A stretch of 63,400 nt of DNA, the filler included, from Dugesia japonica (taxonomy: Eukaryota): NCBI GenBank assembly GCA_001938525.1. It is 6 parts of 6 records of this genome, joined end to end, with 100 filler letters (N's around TTAATTAATTAA, not from the genome) between each part and the next. Parts side by side here need not be neighbours in the genome. Positions count along the whole stretch, not along the records: positions 19,628 to 29,204 come from MQRL01587441.1; positions 29,305 to 42,714 come from MQRL01613062.1; 4 more parts are not named here. The stretch is one strand, 5' to 3'. The notes below the pieces were generated by a model. It was given only the letters and a program-made list of their open reading frames with translations, did no database searches and was not told the origin of the DNA. The position numbers and the translations under genes are program-made. Of this stretch, positions 24,080 through 36,100 are shown piece by piece; positions within the stretch are counted from its first letter, which is position 1; every line of letters starts with the position of its first letter.

Positions 24080-24952
24080 GCATCTAGATTTTGAAATGTT
24101 GAACTCTAGCTTTTATAGCTACCATTATATTGTTCACCACTTTGATATGTAACAAGAATAAAGCTAGGTAATCGACGATTACCAAAGATTTGTTCCTTAT
24201 AAAATGATGAACTATCTTTACGAATTGCAAAGGCAACGACTTTTTGATTCTTATTGGTTAAATAGCATTTTGCTTTTTAGACCCATTTGATGAGCAATAA
24301 TCACTGAGGGTTCAACTCGTACACGTTTAACCATTAATTTTGCATCTAGTAATACATATTTATGTTGATTGGCTGCAGATTCCAAACAAATATCAGCATC
24401 TGCCTGTTTCAATCGAATATGAACATTTCCACCTAGAATTAGCTATTTCGGTTGATCCATGAAATCGAGTTGCAATGAACCGCATAGAGATAGTTGTTTT
24501 GATATTTTAATAGAATTTTTTCTATCTGCTTCTGATCCATATCCCATTGCTGCAAGACAGATATTTTTACTATCACCATTATAATTTATTATAGTTTCAA
24601 TTANTGCTTTGTGAAGATAAGATCCATTTCCACCTTCAATTTTGAAATTATTAAACGAAAAAATTACATCCTTAAAAAGCGCATGCAGCATATAATTACT
24701 AGGAACTGCATCATGAGTGTCAGTCAGAATTTTACCAGCTTTATCAACCACCTTCACGTTAATATACAATAAAGTATCATTCAAATCCAAATATTCTGTT
24801 TGAGATCCATTTATAAAAAACTCTACGTCACTCTGTGATTCAGAAATTGAATTCATAGGAAAGACATCTTCGAAATTACCACTTTCAATTTCAGCTTGAG
24901 GAGATGGTTGATCAAAAATACATATTTCAGTTTTACCACAAATTATTTTTCA
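24080..24952 (-). pseudogene. Polinton major capsid protein (double jelly roll), 3'-truncated
   Basis: CGKTEICIFDQPSPQAEIESG, VEFFINGSQTEYLDLNDTLLY, NYMLHALFKDV, LQLDFMDQPK, VKRVRVEPSVIIAH, FGNRRLPSFILV. Confidence 0.95.
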
Positions 24953-25386
24953 AATATTATTCCATGGCCTCTCATTCGTTTGTTTATACGTGATCCATGA
25001 GATTCTTTGCGTTTTCTACTATTTTACACTGTTTTGACTTGATTTAATAGCATATTAGTTATTTCAGATAGTATTTTATTAGTTATTCTTTGTGGTAATA
25101 TGTTTGCTACTTTTGGAATCATACTGGTTACTCCAATAGGTAATGATGACATAACATTTCTAAGCTAAGCTATTGCATTTGATTTCAATGTGGGTACTAT
25201 TTTTCCGTCATTAGCTAGTACATCCTGAGCTGTTGTCATACCAAAAGAACCAATACGTTTAAGAATCGGCAAAGCAAATTTATCTATTGTTCTCAACCAA
25301 CCAGATCCATACTGCTTCCCAAGAAAGTAAAGCAATTCTCCACCTGGTTGACTAGTACTATACAATGAAAAAATATTAGAATTCAT
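24947..25386 (-). pseudogene. Basic core-protein-like ORF with adenain-type GG/GxG motifs
   Basis: QPGG, QYGSGWLR, basic tail RINKRMRGHG; one internal stop at 25165; lies between minor capsid and MCP. Confidence 0.7.
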
Positions 25387-26403
25387 TATTTAGTTTTCTA
25401 AAATGTAAAGTTAAATGAGTTTTTGAATTTTTTGGAAACTTGATTATTTTTCCGTTATCATCGCGTATTTTAATTTCTTTATTGTTTATACATGATATTG
25501 TCATGGGTAAATACATTGGATTATCAACTATTATTTGTACTACTTCATCAATTTCATGTTTTTCTATCCATACTGCTTTCAATAAAGGTACACTAACATC
25601 TCCTTCAGTTATAGGTTCAACATGACTACTATAGATGAACATTTGCTGATGTAACTTCATTATTTTCGACTTGGTAATAGCTTTGAACTCGCCTTCCTTC
25701 ATATCTGCAGGAGAATATTGTTGTTTGTCTCATCCAAATGTTCTTGTCAAAACGTTATCAAATAAAAGATTTTGACATCATCTTGCAACTCTAATTAAAA
25801 ATATTTATCCGCATTTATAAAACATTTTTTAAATATTTGAGTACAATTTTCCGTCAAATATTTACTTAATTGTTCCAATTCTGATATGTATATATAATCT
25901 TTAAACAGAAAAGTATGATAATTCGCCATTGTATAAGCCACTTTAATTTTTAATTGTTGTACTTTGTCATTATTTGTAAAGTTTGTATAGATTTGACCCA
26001 ACTTTTTTGTTAATTTGTTAGATTTAAATCCTAATCCAAATGAGTGTGCGATATCTGCATCTTCAAATATGACAACATATGGAAAGTCACAATAAAATCT
26101 TATGTGATTATTTTCAAATATTTCAAAATTTTTATTTTGATCAACAAGTGTTTTTTCCTTTATATTTATTGTTACAGTTATTTCATTCAATATATTATTT
26201 GCAGTCATGTATTCGATTTTCGACTTGCAATATACCGGAAATAGTGAATATAGAAAGGTGAAGTCCATCATGGCAACTTCCCAACTACTATCCACATAAA
26301 TATGATTTTGTAGCTCGACAATGAATTTACTAGCATTATTCACCGTATGAATAAGTGGACAGTTATTACTCGGCAATAGTGTATAGAAATGACTTGATTT
26401 CAT
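25376..26403 (-). pseudogene. Polinton minor capsid (penton) protein
   Basis: FYTLLPSN...WEVAMMDFTF N-terminus; VEPITEGDVSVPLLK...NPMYLP...IRDDNGKIIKF...LTLHFRK C-terminus; internal stop. Confidence 0.92.
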
Positions 26404-26945
26404 CTGAATTTTCTTCTTGATTGACTATTTGTGATGCTAATATCCAACTTGGTTTTTCGTATCCATGCCACTTTACATAGTATTGTTTATTCTTTCCTGA
26501 TCCTTTTGGTTTGATTATTGTTTCTATTCTATATATCTCTGGTGGTGGAATGACTTGCAATTCTTGCTCATAGAATTTTCCTTGAACGATATTATCTTCA
26601 TAATCTTTAATAACATACATGACCGGATTTTGTTTCATGTTGTTTTTTGTTATTTGAAACACTTCATAACTCCAATTACTATTGAAATTCTTGATAAATG
26701 GTGAATCTGATATTTTCGAGATTCTCACATGATCCCCAACTTTAAATTTTGGTTTTTTCTTGCTTTTGAATGTTTACGTGATAATCATAACTTTAATTGA
26801 TTTTTGGTACTTACATCAACCGGTCTTGTTCCATTTGATCCAATATGATCAGAATGATTACAACTATGAATAAATTTCGCTAAAACATTTATCCAAGTCT
26901 TTTTACCAACACGTACAAAGTACTTTTTCAATGCATATCTCAATA
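26366..26945 (-). pseudogene. Polinton integrase C-terminal half with chromodomain
   Basis: KFKVGDHVRISK, WSYEVFQI, GKFYEQELQ, YRIETII...YYVKWHGYEKPSWI. Confidence 0.93.
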
Positions 26946-28561
26946 AACCCAAAAGAGTTATATAATACAAATAATATTAAAGGTTCCAGGGTGAATATTA
27001 AAATTTTATACATATTAATCCATGTGTGCATCATAAATACGTGTTATGTAACGACAATGTAAAATAAACAAAGGATTGATATAAACTTAACAACTGATTA
27101 GTAAGGCATTTGTATAATATTATAGACGATATTTTTGAACATATAACTTCATCGGTTCAAGGTAATAATAATAACTAATATTAATCTAAATAATTATTTA
27201 ATAGTAGNNNNNNNNNNNNNNNNNNNNNNNNNNNNNNNNNNNNNNNNNNNNNAATTGATGAAATAGATGCAACATTAAAGAGAGAGATCAACAATACTCA
27301 ACCAAATGATGATATTATTACTGAGAAACTGATTAATGCACAGCCAAATTATGTCATTATTGATGATGAAATAATTGAAATAGTTCTAAATGATTATATT
27401 TTTGATGAAGTAATACCTAACACAAATACAAATAAGTATATCATTCGTGAGGAATTGACTGATTCACAGTCCAATGAGGAAATAAATGATTGATGAAGAC
27501 ATATTGNNNNNNNNNNNNNNNNNNNNNNNNNNNNNNNNNNNNNNNNNNNNNNNNNNGAATTGACTGATTCACAGTCCAATGAGGAAATAAATGATTGATG
27601 AAGACATATTGATTGAATTATAAATGAAAAGAAAACATGTATGTGATTTAAATAAATTTTTTCATAATTTTTTTTTGTGTTATCTTACAGATATTTCAAT
27701 TGTAATAATTAGATGAAAGTTAAAATATTGACAAAATTAAATAAAAGTCATTACAATTTTTAATAAATTACACAGAAGTCTACAAACATTTTCAAAAATT
27801 GCATAGAAAAAATATATATTTGTTCAAATTTATATTTTTAGAGTATAAAATGTATCGAAACAATAAACTTTAATTTAATTATAACTATAATTATAATTAT
27901 AATGTAATCAAAATAATTAAATTATCAAACGCGATTTTATTTTGAAATGCAAAAAGAATTTATAAATGCACTTAGTAAGCAGTTTAAATAAAGACACATT
28001 AAATGAGTGACTGGATAATATTTTTAATAATTTTCTAAAAAAAAAGTTNNNNNNNNNNNNNNNNNNNNNNNNNNNNNNNNNNNNNNNNNNNNNNNNNNNN
28101 NNNNNNNNNNNNNNNNNNNNNNNNNNNNNNNNNNNNNNNNNNNNNNAAAAAAAAACAAAAAAAAACAATTTTTTAAAAGAAAATCTTTGAGTTATAATTT
28201 TCTTCGTCGAGAGGTGTGTCTTTTTTCTGACTTAGAAAATTTTTTGAAAAAAAGTATGAGTCATGATCTAGAAAATTTTTTCTTTGTTATATACTTTTCT
28301 TTGTTAGGGGGCTTTGTATGAATCATCCGATGAGTCATTGTCTTTGTTCTACATGAGCGATGACTCATCATGATGAGTTATGATCTTTGTTCAAACCGAC
28401 GATGACTCACCAGCAGGACTCATTTCTTTGTTACAAAAAATGATGAGTCATACAAATTTTTCATAATCATTATTTAATTTAATTAAGCTACTTACTATTT
28501 GTAAGTAGCTTATAAGCGACTAATATTTTTTATTGATCTAATGCGCTACTATCTACCTACT
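26946..28561 (+). mobile_element. Nested terminal fragment of a related Polinton (spliced acidic ORF remnant plus TIR)
   Basis: Ends ATCTACCTACT (rc AGTAGGTAGATAGTAGCGCA) at 28561; replaces the integrase 5' half; contains N gaps. Confidence 0.65.
28255..28452. promoter_or_regulatory. Cluster of AP-1-type (TGASTCA) and HMG-box-type (CTTTGTT) motifs
   Basis: TGASTCA at 28257, 28331, 28361, 28403, 28444; CTTTGTT at 28282, 28342, 28385, 28426. Confidence 0.55.
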
Positions 28562-28690
28562 AAGATTGTTTTGTCTTTTTCTTCAAAACACACATTTTTC
28601 GTTGTTTTACAACATAAAAATCAACTACAATCAACTACTAAATCAACTACAATTTTCTTAAACTTTGCCATTTTTATAATATTATAAAAA

Positions 28691-29204
28691 TTAGTAATTT
28701 TGTTTATATACTGTGATACCATTAGAGTTGAATATATCAGTTCTCACTTTATAATCATCTGGAAATTGTTGTGTAAAGTCTAGAAATAGATATCCATGTG
28801 GTTTTTCTGTGGCTTCTTGAAATGATTCAATAATAAATTGTCTGTTATTTGGATATGTTTGTCTCGCTAGAAAATCAACAATAGTTTGATCTCTAGGATT
28901 TTTGAATAAAACCAAATATTGCACGTTTTAATTACGTGTTCGATGAATACCTACTTGATGAAATCGATTTTGAGTTATAAATATTAGTCACATTACGATA
29001 TCTCGATATCTTTGTGAATAAATTATTAAAAACCTTTTCTTTGTTTGCCTCCTGATACAGATCATCAACAACAATAACATCCATCGGTTTTAATCTTTTG
29101 CTCCAATTTTAATCAAAACCATTTATGATTTTCATTTTAATATTACAAAATTCAGATTTAGTCAACCCATGCTTCTCTTCAGAACCTCTATGTCAGTATA
29201 TTTT
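28691..29204 (-). pseudogene. A32-like genome-packaging ATPase, 5' end cut by contig end
   Basis: VIVVDDLYQEAN (Walker B), ITQNRFHQ, YLVLFKNPRD, KPHGYLFLDF. Confidence 0.93.
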
Positions 29205-29549
29205 NNNNNNNNNNNNNNNNNNNNNNNNNNNNNNNNNNNNNNNNNNNNTTAATTAATTAANNNNNNNNNNNNNNNNNNNNNNNNNNNNNNNNNNNNNNNN
29301 NNNNGTACTTGATAACTGTAATATTGAAGGATTCAAAAGATATAACAATACAATTAGCCCTATTTGGAAGATAAAAACTGTTCAAGATTTTTATTAGTAA
29401 ATGTTTTAAATCATATTTTGTTTATTTGTTTTCAATAAGTTATACACTATTTTGTTAAGTTTTATTAATGCTATAAATAAAAACACAATTCAAACTAATA
29501 AGATTTATTAAATATCACATTATTTGTTGTTTAATACAATTGTATTGAA

Positions 29550-30005
29550 CTAGTTTTGTATTTTCTCGATTAAACTGTTCAAATCTGACATTACATTATA
29601 GACTTGATTTTGATAATATAAATTCTTGAAACCAAGTATTATTACTTTTCNNNNNNNNNNNNNNNNNNNNNNNNNNNNNNNNNNNNNNNNNNNNNNNNNN
29701 NNTGGAAATAATTCGGGTTCATACATACACTTGGTTATTCTTGCTAATGTATACAAATTAATTGATTGTTTCAAATTGACTACAATAGTTAACAATTGTA
29801 ACTGAATGTTTTGAATGTCATACTGTAAATGTTTTATTTCTATTGGCTTCTTACATCTTATGATTCTACAATTACCTGATATGGAGAAAATAATCGTATA
29901 CTTTTCACTTTAATGAACGATTTATGATGGTTTACCGATAGGAAATTTCATTTTACTGGTTATTTCTTGAGATACTTGTCCTTTATAATTAATATTAGTA
30001 ATCAA
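29550..30005 (-). pseudogene. TATA-binding-protein-like gene, about 151 aa with two TBP repeats
   Basis: ITNINYKGQV...KYTIIFSISGNCRIIRCKK (repeat 1); IQLQLLTIVVNLKQSINLYTLARITKCMYEPELFP-x18-KVIILGFK (repeat 2); two in-frame stops and a 52-N gap. Confidence 0.82.
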
Positions 30006-30084
30006 TAGTATTATTAATAGCTTTCAAATATGTGCTTTGTAAATAATTATTTTAAAAAATATAAACAAGGTTTTAAATTATTAA

Positions 30085-30714
30085 TTTTTTAAAATTAAGA
30101 AATTATGCTGTATATCAAATTGTTGGTCCCATTGGTAGTGGAAGAACACTGTTTGNATGTAAATTATTGAAATCCACTTTATTTAAATCAAGATTCAATA
30201 AAATTTACTAGCATATAGGGACAGATGAATTGCAAAGATTGACTCAATCAGAGTTTTCTAATATAAAAATGACAATTATAAATGGATTTGATGATATTTG
30301 GAGCAAGAGATTGAAACCAGGTGATATAATTGTTGTTGATGATCTATACCAGGAAGCAAATAAAATGATTTTAGCAATTTATTAACAAAAATATCCAGAC
30401 ATTGTAATGTGACTGTAAGTTTCATTACTCAAAATCTATTTCATCAAGAAGGTGGTAAAAGAACTAGTAATTTAAATGTACAATAGTTGGTTTTATTTAA
30501 AAGTCTAAAAGATAAAACAGTGGTTGATTTTCTAGCAAGACATGTTTATCCTAATAATAGAAATTTGGTTATGTATTCATTCAAGGATGCAACAGTAAAT
30601 CCACACGGGTATATATTTCTTGATTTTACACAACAATGCCCAGATGAAATTAGAGTACAATCTGATATTTTTAATCAAAGTTTAATAACCGTATATAAAG
30701 AATTGAATAATTAA
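30085..30714 (+). pseudogene. A32-like genome-packaging ATPase
   Basis: IVGPIGSGRT (Walker A), IIVVDDLYQE (Walker B), SRH, ITQNLF, PHGYIFLDF; stops and a frameshift. Confidence 0.93.
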
Positions 30715-30734
30715 GGTAAATATTTGATTAAAAA

Positions 30735-31004
30735 ATGTTTGAATTTAAAAAGGTTTTAGTTGATCAGGTAAATGACGGTTGGGAAAACGAGAATAATTCT
30801 AAAATGAAAGGTAAAAGACTGTCTGTAAAGAACAGGAAAGAAACAAAGAAGAATTTAATAAAAAAGAAGACAAAGAAAAAGCATACAAAGAGGAAGCATA
30901 TAACAAAAAAACAGGTAAAGAAACAGTTGAGCAAGTTCAAAAAACTATCAAAAAACTATGGAAAGAAACTTTCAAATGTTAATGGAAAATGGATCAAGAT
31001 ATAA
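30735..31004 (+). CDS. Lysine-rich basic protein (candidate DNA-binding core protein)
   Basis: Intact 89 aa; N-terminus MFEFKKVLVD matches MAKFKKIVVD at 28671 (-), same position after the ATPase. Confidence 0.7.
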   Translation: MFEFKKVLVDQVNDGWENENNSKMKGKRLSVKNRKETKKNLIKKKTKKKHTKRKHITKKQVKKQLSKFKKLSKNYGKKLSNVNGKWIKI

Positions 31005-31303
31005 ACCATATAACTGTTTATATTTAAAAAGTAATTATGAAATTTAAACAAAGTCTTCCGTTATTTAATATATTCCTTAAGATTCCAAAAGAGTCGACAA
31101 GGAAATTATTACAGTTATTTCCAACATTTTTCATAGAGGATTTGTAAGAGATTATTGTGAATATTCTTCGTGGTAATTTAATTATAAGTAAAAAAACTAG
31201 AAGTACAGCATGATAAAAGGTCATTCCTTTGACTTGTAAATACGAAGAATAGGAAATCAATCATTGTCACGAATTTATCTCACATTTGTATCAAATTGTT
31301 GTA
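30988..31303 (+). pseudogene. Small Polinton ORF preceding the integrase
   Basis: KLLQLFPTFFIEDL*EIIVNILRGNLII resembles the E...NxLxGNV motif of a conserved small Polinton ORF. Confidence 0.55.
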
Positions 31304-32337
31304 ATGGACAAAATCAAACCAAAATTAACAGACCCGAAAAATCCAGCATGGTTCAAAGGAGTGGCGAAACTATGGAAAGCAACACACAATGCAAAAAGCG
31401 AGACGAAAAAGAGGTTATTGAACCAATTAACATACAGTCTGAACAAGCCAAAGTTGGAAAAATTCCCAACAAGACCGTATAAAACCTTTGATTTTGATGA
31501 TTCATGTCAAATGGATTTGATGGAAATGATATCTTATTCAAATATTAACAAAGGATACAAGTATATTTTGACATGTTTTGATGTATTTAGTAGATTTACA
31601 AGAGTTGTGCCGATAAAATCAAAATCTGCCAATGAAATGGAAGCTGCAGTCAAAACAATCTTTAAAGAGGGACATTCAGATAATTTACAAACTGACTTGG
31701 GAAAAGAATTTAATAATTCAAAAGTCAAGAATATTATTAATCATCTCAAAATAAGTTATTATTCTGTATTTTCACAATGCAAAGCAGCATACATTGAAAG
31801 ATTTAATTGAACATTGCGAGATGCATTGAAAAAGTACTTTGTACATACTGGTAATTAAACCTGGATACATGTTATACCGAAAGTAATAGATAGTTATAAT
31901 CATACAAGTCACAGAGGATTAAATAAGCAAGACCCGTTAATGTATCATCTGATAATAAATTATGGCTTTTAAGACAACAACCAAAAGTAATCAAGAAACC
32001 GAAATATAAAGTTGGTGATCATGTTAGAATCTCAAAGATATTCTATATATCACCATTCATCAAGACTTTCGATAGTAATTGGAGTGATGAAGTGTTTCAA
32101 ATATCAAAAATCAATACTAAGCAGAATCCAATCATGTATGTGATTAAAGATCATGAAGAAAATATTATTGTTGGAAAATTCTATGAACAAGAATTAAAAG
32201 TTATTCCCCAACCAACCGTATTTAGAATAGAAAAGATTATCAGATAAAAGAAAATTGGAAAGTATAAACAATTATATGTAAAGTGGCATGGGTATGAAAA
32301 ACCAAGTTGAATATTAGCATCTCAAGTAGTAAATTAA
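31304..32337 (+). pseudogene. Retroviral-like DDE integrase with C-terminal chromodomain
   Basis: QMDLMEM, DVFSRF, LQTDLGKEF, IERFN; KYKVGDHVRISK; LYVKWHGYEKPS; several stops. Confidence 0.96.
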
Positions 32338-32354
32338 ACAAATAAGAAGGAAAA

Positions 32355-32694
32355 AATAAGCAAAACGAATAATTTCTATATACTATTATCGAGTATTAGT
32401 TGTCCACATATTCATCCCGATAATAATGCAAGTAGATTCATTTTTGAACTTGCAAATCCTAATTACTTGAATGAACAATAAAAAGTAGCCTTGATGGACT
32501 TTACCTTTATAAATAACAAATCATACATCAAATATGTAACAGGTGATGATTATGAGAGGAATGTAGAAATCATAATCAATAACAAAGAAAAATCATTGTT
32601 GGTTCATGATGTTGGTTTTGAAATAATTGATAAAAGATCATTGTTAATCACATTAAAATATCATGATTATGTTGTAATATTTCACAATTTAAAA
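32355..32694 (+). pseudogene. Minor capsid protein N-terminus, interrupted by a hAT MITE
   Basis: FYILLSSISCPHIHPDNNASRFIFELAN...KVALMDFTF, homologous to the 26403 copy. Confidence 0.85.
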
Positions 32695-33148
32695 CAGTGT
32701 TTCTTAACTTGTTTTATGCCATGCCCCACCTAAGTTTTAAAACTTTTAATATGACCCCCGTATAACATAATATTTTTTAATTTTTCAATAAGTATCTTAG
32801 ATGATGGACTTCAAGTAGAAATAACAAGAAAGTTATTAAACAAACATAATATATTCAGGTATTCAAATCAAATTTATCTGAATGCATCTCGGCCACCTTA
32901 TAATGTCATTTCATCGCTCTTATAAACGGAGTCATTCGTTGTAAGTTACTCAGTAAAAATGGCGCAAAATATTGAAATGGAAGCCAAAAGTTAATTGCAC
33001 TCTATACTGGATGTTTACTAANNNNNNNNNNNNNNNNNNNNNNNNNNNNNNNNNNNNNNNNNNNNNNNNNNNNNNNNNNNNNNNNNNNNNNNNNNNNNNN
33101 NNNNNNNNNNNCCCCTGTGGAGTGTACGTCCCAAGTTGGGAAACACTG
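32695..33148. mobile_element. Non-autonomous hAT (Charlie-like) MITE
   Basis: TIRs CAGTGTTTCTTAACTTG / CAAGTTGGGAAACACTG; 8-bp TSD ATTTAAAA / ATTTAGAA. Confidence 0.85.
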
Positions 33149-36100
33149 ATTTAGAAAATGCCAAAGGATTTCGATAAATTTGGAGTTACTTTTGATATTT
33201 TGGAAAAATGTCACTAAATTTGGGAGGATAGTTGTACATATTCGTTAGGAAGCATTTTTCCAGAGACGATATTTTAACTTTGTAAAATCATTTTTTTATC
33301 CTGAGTAAAATAATATTAAATTTGCATTGATAGCTGACATCTGCACACAAAGCACTGAGTGCTAAAATCTTATTTTTGAGATTTTTTCATCTTAAAACCT
33401 CATTTATTTCATCGACTATCAACTTTGGTGATTTTAAGTTAACACTTTTTAAATCAGCGAAAAGTTCTCTGTCGAATAGCCAATTGTTAACCTATTTTGA
33501 AAAGAAAAACGTTTTTCAAAACATTCTGTGCAAAAATGATCGTCGTAAAATTCTCAGCAGTTTGGTATAAAAATCTTTGAAATCTGAGATATAGAACAAA
33601 TTTTTTTAAAATATTAGACAGTTCACCCAGATTTCCATAAAAATTTCATTTAAAAAATTTTAAATTTTAATTTAATTTAAACAACATGAACGGTTTGCCG
33701 GAATTCCTAGCAGGTGAAGAAGCTCCTCTAAAGTAGAAGAAATATCACGATCTGGATCTTGGACTGTGCATTTTTGTGCTGGATAATGAATATCGAACAT
33801 TAATGGATTATTTGAGGGAATGCAAGATTGATTTATTCTATTAAAATAAAACAATAAAAACTTTTGTTAAACCATATTTTTATCATTTTAATTTTTATTA
33901 GCAAATACATTTTTCTATTTAACAATATATCGTATTTAATATCCTATGTTAATAACATTGATAAACTTTGATTAGCATCTGTATATCCACAGTAATAGTC
34001 CTACAATATTATTGAAAAACATGATTAGTTATTTAAAATTTGTCAGTGACATACACAAATTTGAAATAAATAAAATATATTTTATTTATTCCATCGCTTC
34101 CAGAAAGATTATTTTTCACCACGAATTGTCCACGATGAATTGCCCTAGAACACTTGAGACCTTGTTAAGTCTAAGTGACGGGGCCCTAATTATCTCACAA
34201 TTAACTTCTGATTGCTTAAATGTCGTCAGAAGATAATTTTAGCAAACCAAAACTATCCAGGGGGGTGTAAGGTCTCATTTTAAAGGAAGTCAAAGATAAA
34301 TTGATTCCAGAAACGGATGCCCTAAAGCAGATAAAGACAAAGATGGTTGTTCAAAATTGACTAATGAAGGAGCGCGAGATAAACTTAATGATGACTGCTT
34401 TATCCTCACAGATCTAGTCAAATTTAATGCAGACTGGGAAGCAGCATATATAAGTAATATATAACTAAGTTCATCATATATAAATTTACTTAATTTAGTT
34501 AACCACTCAAAAGTGGCGCTCTATTTATTTTATAAAGCTCATTATCCGTTGCTACATGCTCGGGAATTTTGATTGTTATATGCTTCGTTTCAAAAATATA
34601 GAAGTGTCTTTTCATTAATTAATCACATTAATATTTTATGTGATAACATTTTTTTGGAAGTGGTGCTCCATTAATTTGATGTGTGAAGTTAGTTCAATAA
34701 TATTATATATTACACATGTCGTGTGAAGTCGACCAATGATATATAAAATTAAATTAGAGTAATAAATGTAACACCCACACACACCAATAATTAATTATTT
34801 CAATAAACACTTTTCGAAAGTGACGCCTGTGCCTTAGTTAACACTTTACTGTTAGTGGTGCTTACGCTTCATTAATTTAATATGATAACAGTTTACAGGA
34901 AATGGAGCTCATGCTTCATTAATTTAATGTGAAGTTAATGAAGCGTGAATGACATATTACTATGTTCCAGGACACCCTTAACTACCTACTCTCATATGCA
35001 TTTATACATTTAAAAATTGTCAACTTGCTTTTGAATGACTTTAATTGATTTCTCAAAAGTTGTTGTTCATTTGAAACATTTATGTCTTTAATAGTCATTT
35101 TCTTATTTTTTGATAAATTCAATTTTCTGATTATCTAGCTCAGTGATTCTTAACTTTTTTCAGATAGCGGCACCTTTGCGGAAATTTGAAAAATTTTGTG
35201 CATCCAACACTTATTATAATAAGTTTTCAGCGATGAAAATTAACAAAAATAAGCTCAATACTTAATGAAAACCTTTTGATAACATATATTTACGAGAAAT
35301 TTGAGCTCGACGCATTTTGCATATCTCCTTAGTATTATGTCCCACATTTGACAAACATACTCTCAACTCATTATCGATTGACTTCAATTTGTCTTTTTAA
35401 AATTATAAAACTACCAGGCCTTCAAATATTTACGGCAGCCCAAGTTGAGAACCACATATCTAGTTGTTTGTGAAGTTGTTTTGCACTGTATTAAACAACA
35501 TAATCAATTTTCATAAGTTTTAAAATGCAGTATTAACAATTTGTTGAAAATAATTCAACATGAGCAATGAATAATATTTATCAACATTTATAATTCTAGC
35601 AAAATAATCAAATTTTAAATAAAAAAAAATTAACAAGTTCCATGTAATTTATTATAATGCGAATTTGAGCCGGACTAACGAAGGATAGAATTCAACTGAA
35701 TACATTAAAGTAAAAACTCAATTGTATTACATTAATATACAAACTTAAAGAATAATAAAAGCTTATGAAACAGATATTTCAATTTTAATGATAAATAACA
35801 TCAATGCAAAAATCCAATGTGAGTAGCACCTAATTTAAACACCAAAATTGCATATAATATACAAAGATGAAAATAGCTTTAATTAAATATGAATAAAATC
35901 GAACAATCACAAACAAAACAATAGGAAGCTTAAAATACGAACCAAATACAACTTCAAACTAAATAATAAATAAAATCCATGGAAACCTACACATATCTAA
36001 AGATTTTACACAAATCACAACTTTAATCGTCAGACAAGTGTTATTATGTGCAAAGGCACACAATTAGATAAATATTATAAACAGGTTAACCACCATTCGG

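Larger units (their letters stand above)
19628..29204 (-). mobile_element. Polinton/Maverick remnant B (ATPase - K-rich ORF - [insert] - integrase - minor capsid - core-like - MCP - spliced ORF - pPolB)
   Basis: Five hallmark Polinton genes on one strand; all disrupted. Confidence 0.92.
29305..33175 (+). mobile_element. Polinton/Maverick remnant C (ORF X end - TBP-like on minus strand - ATPase - K-rich ORF - small ORF - integrase - minor capsid)
   Basis: Contiguous hallmark genes in the same order as remnant B. Confidence 0.93.

Noticed and set aside
28691-30714. Two ATPase genes arranged head-to-head, resembling an inverted duplication
   Set aside because: They are separated by the artificial linker at 29205-29304 and lie on different contigs
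33672-34460. Exon-like minus-strand frames (ending SCCLN) as further NLK exons
   Set aside because: No NLK similarity and stops in adjacent frames; left unassigned
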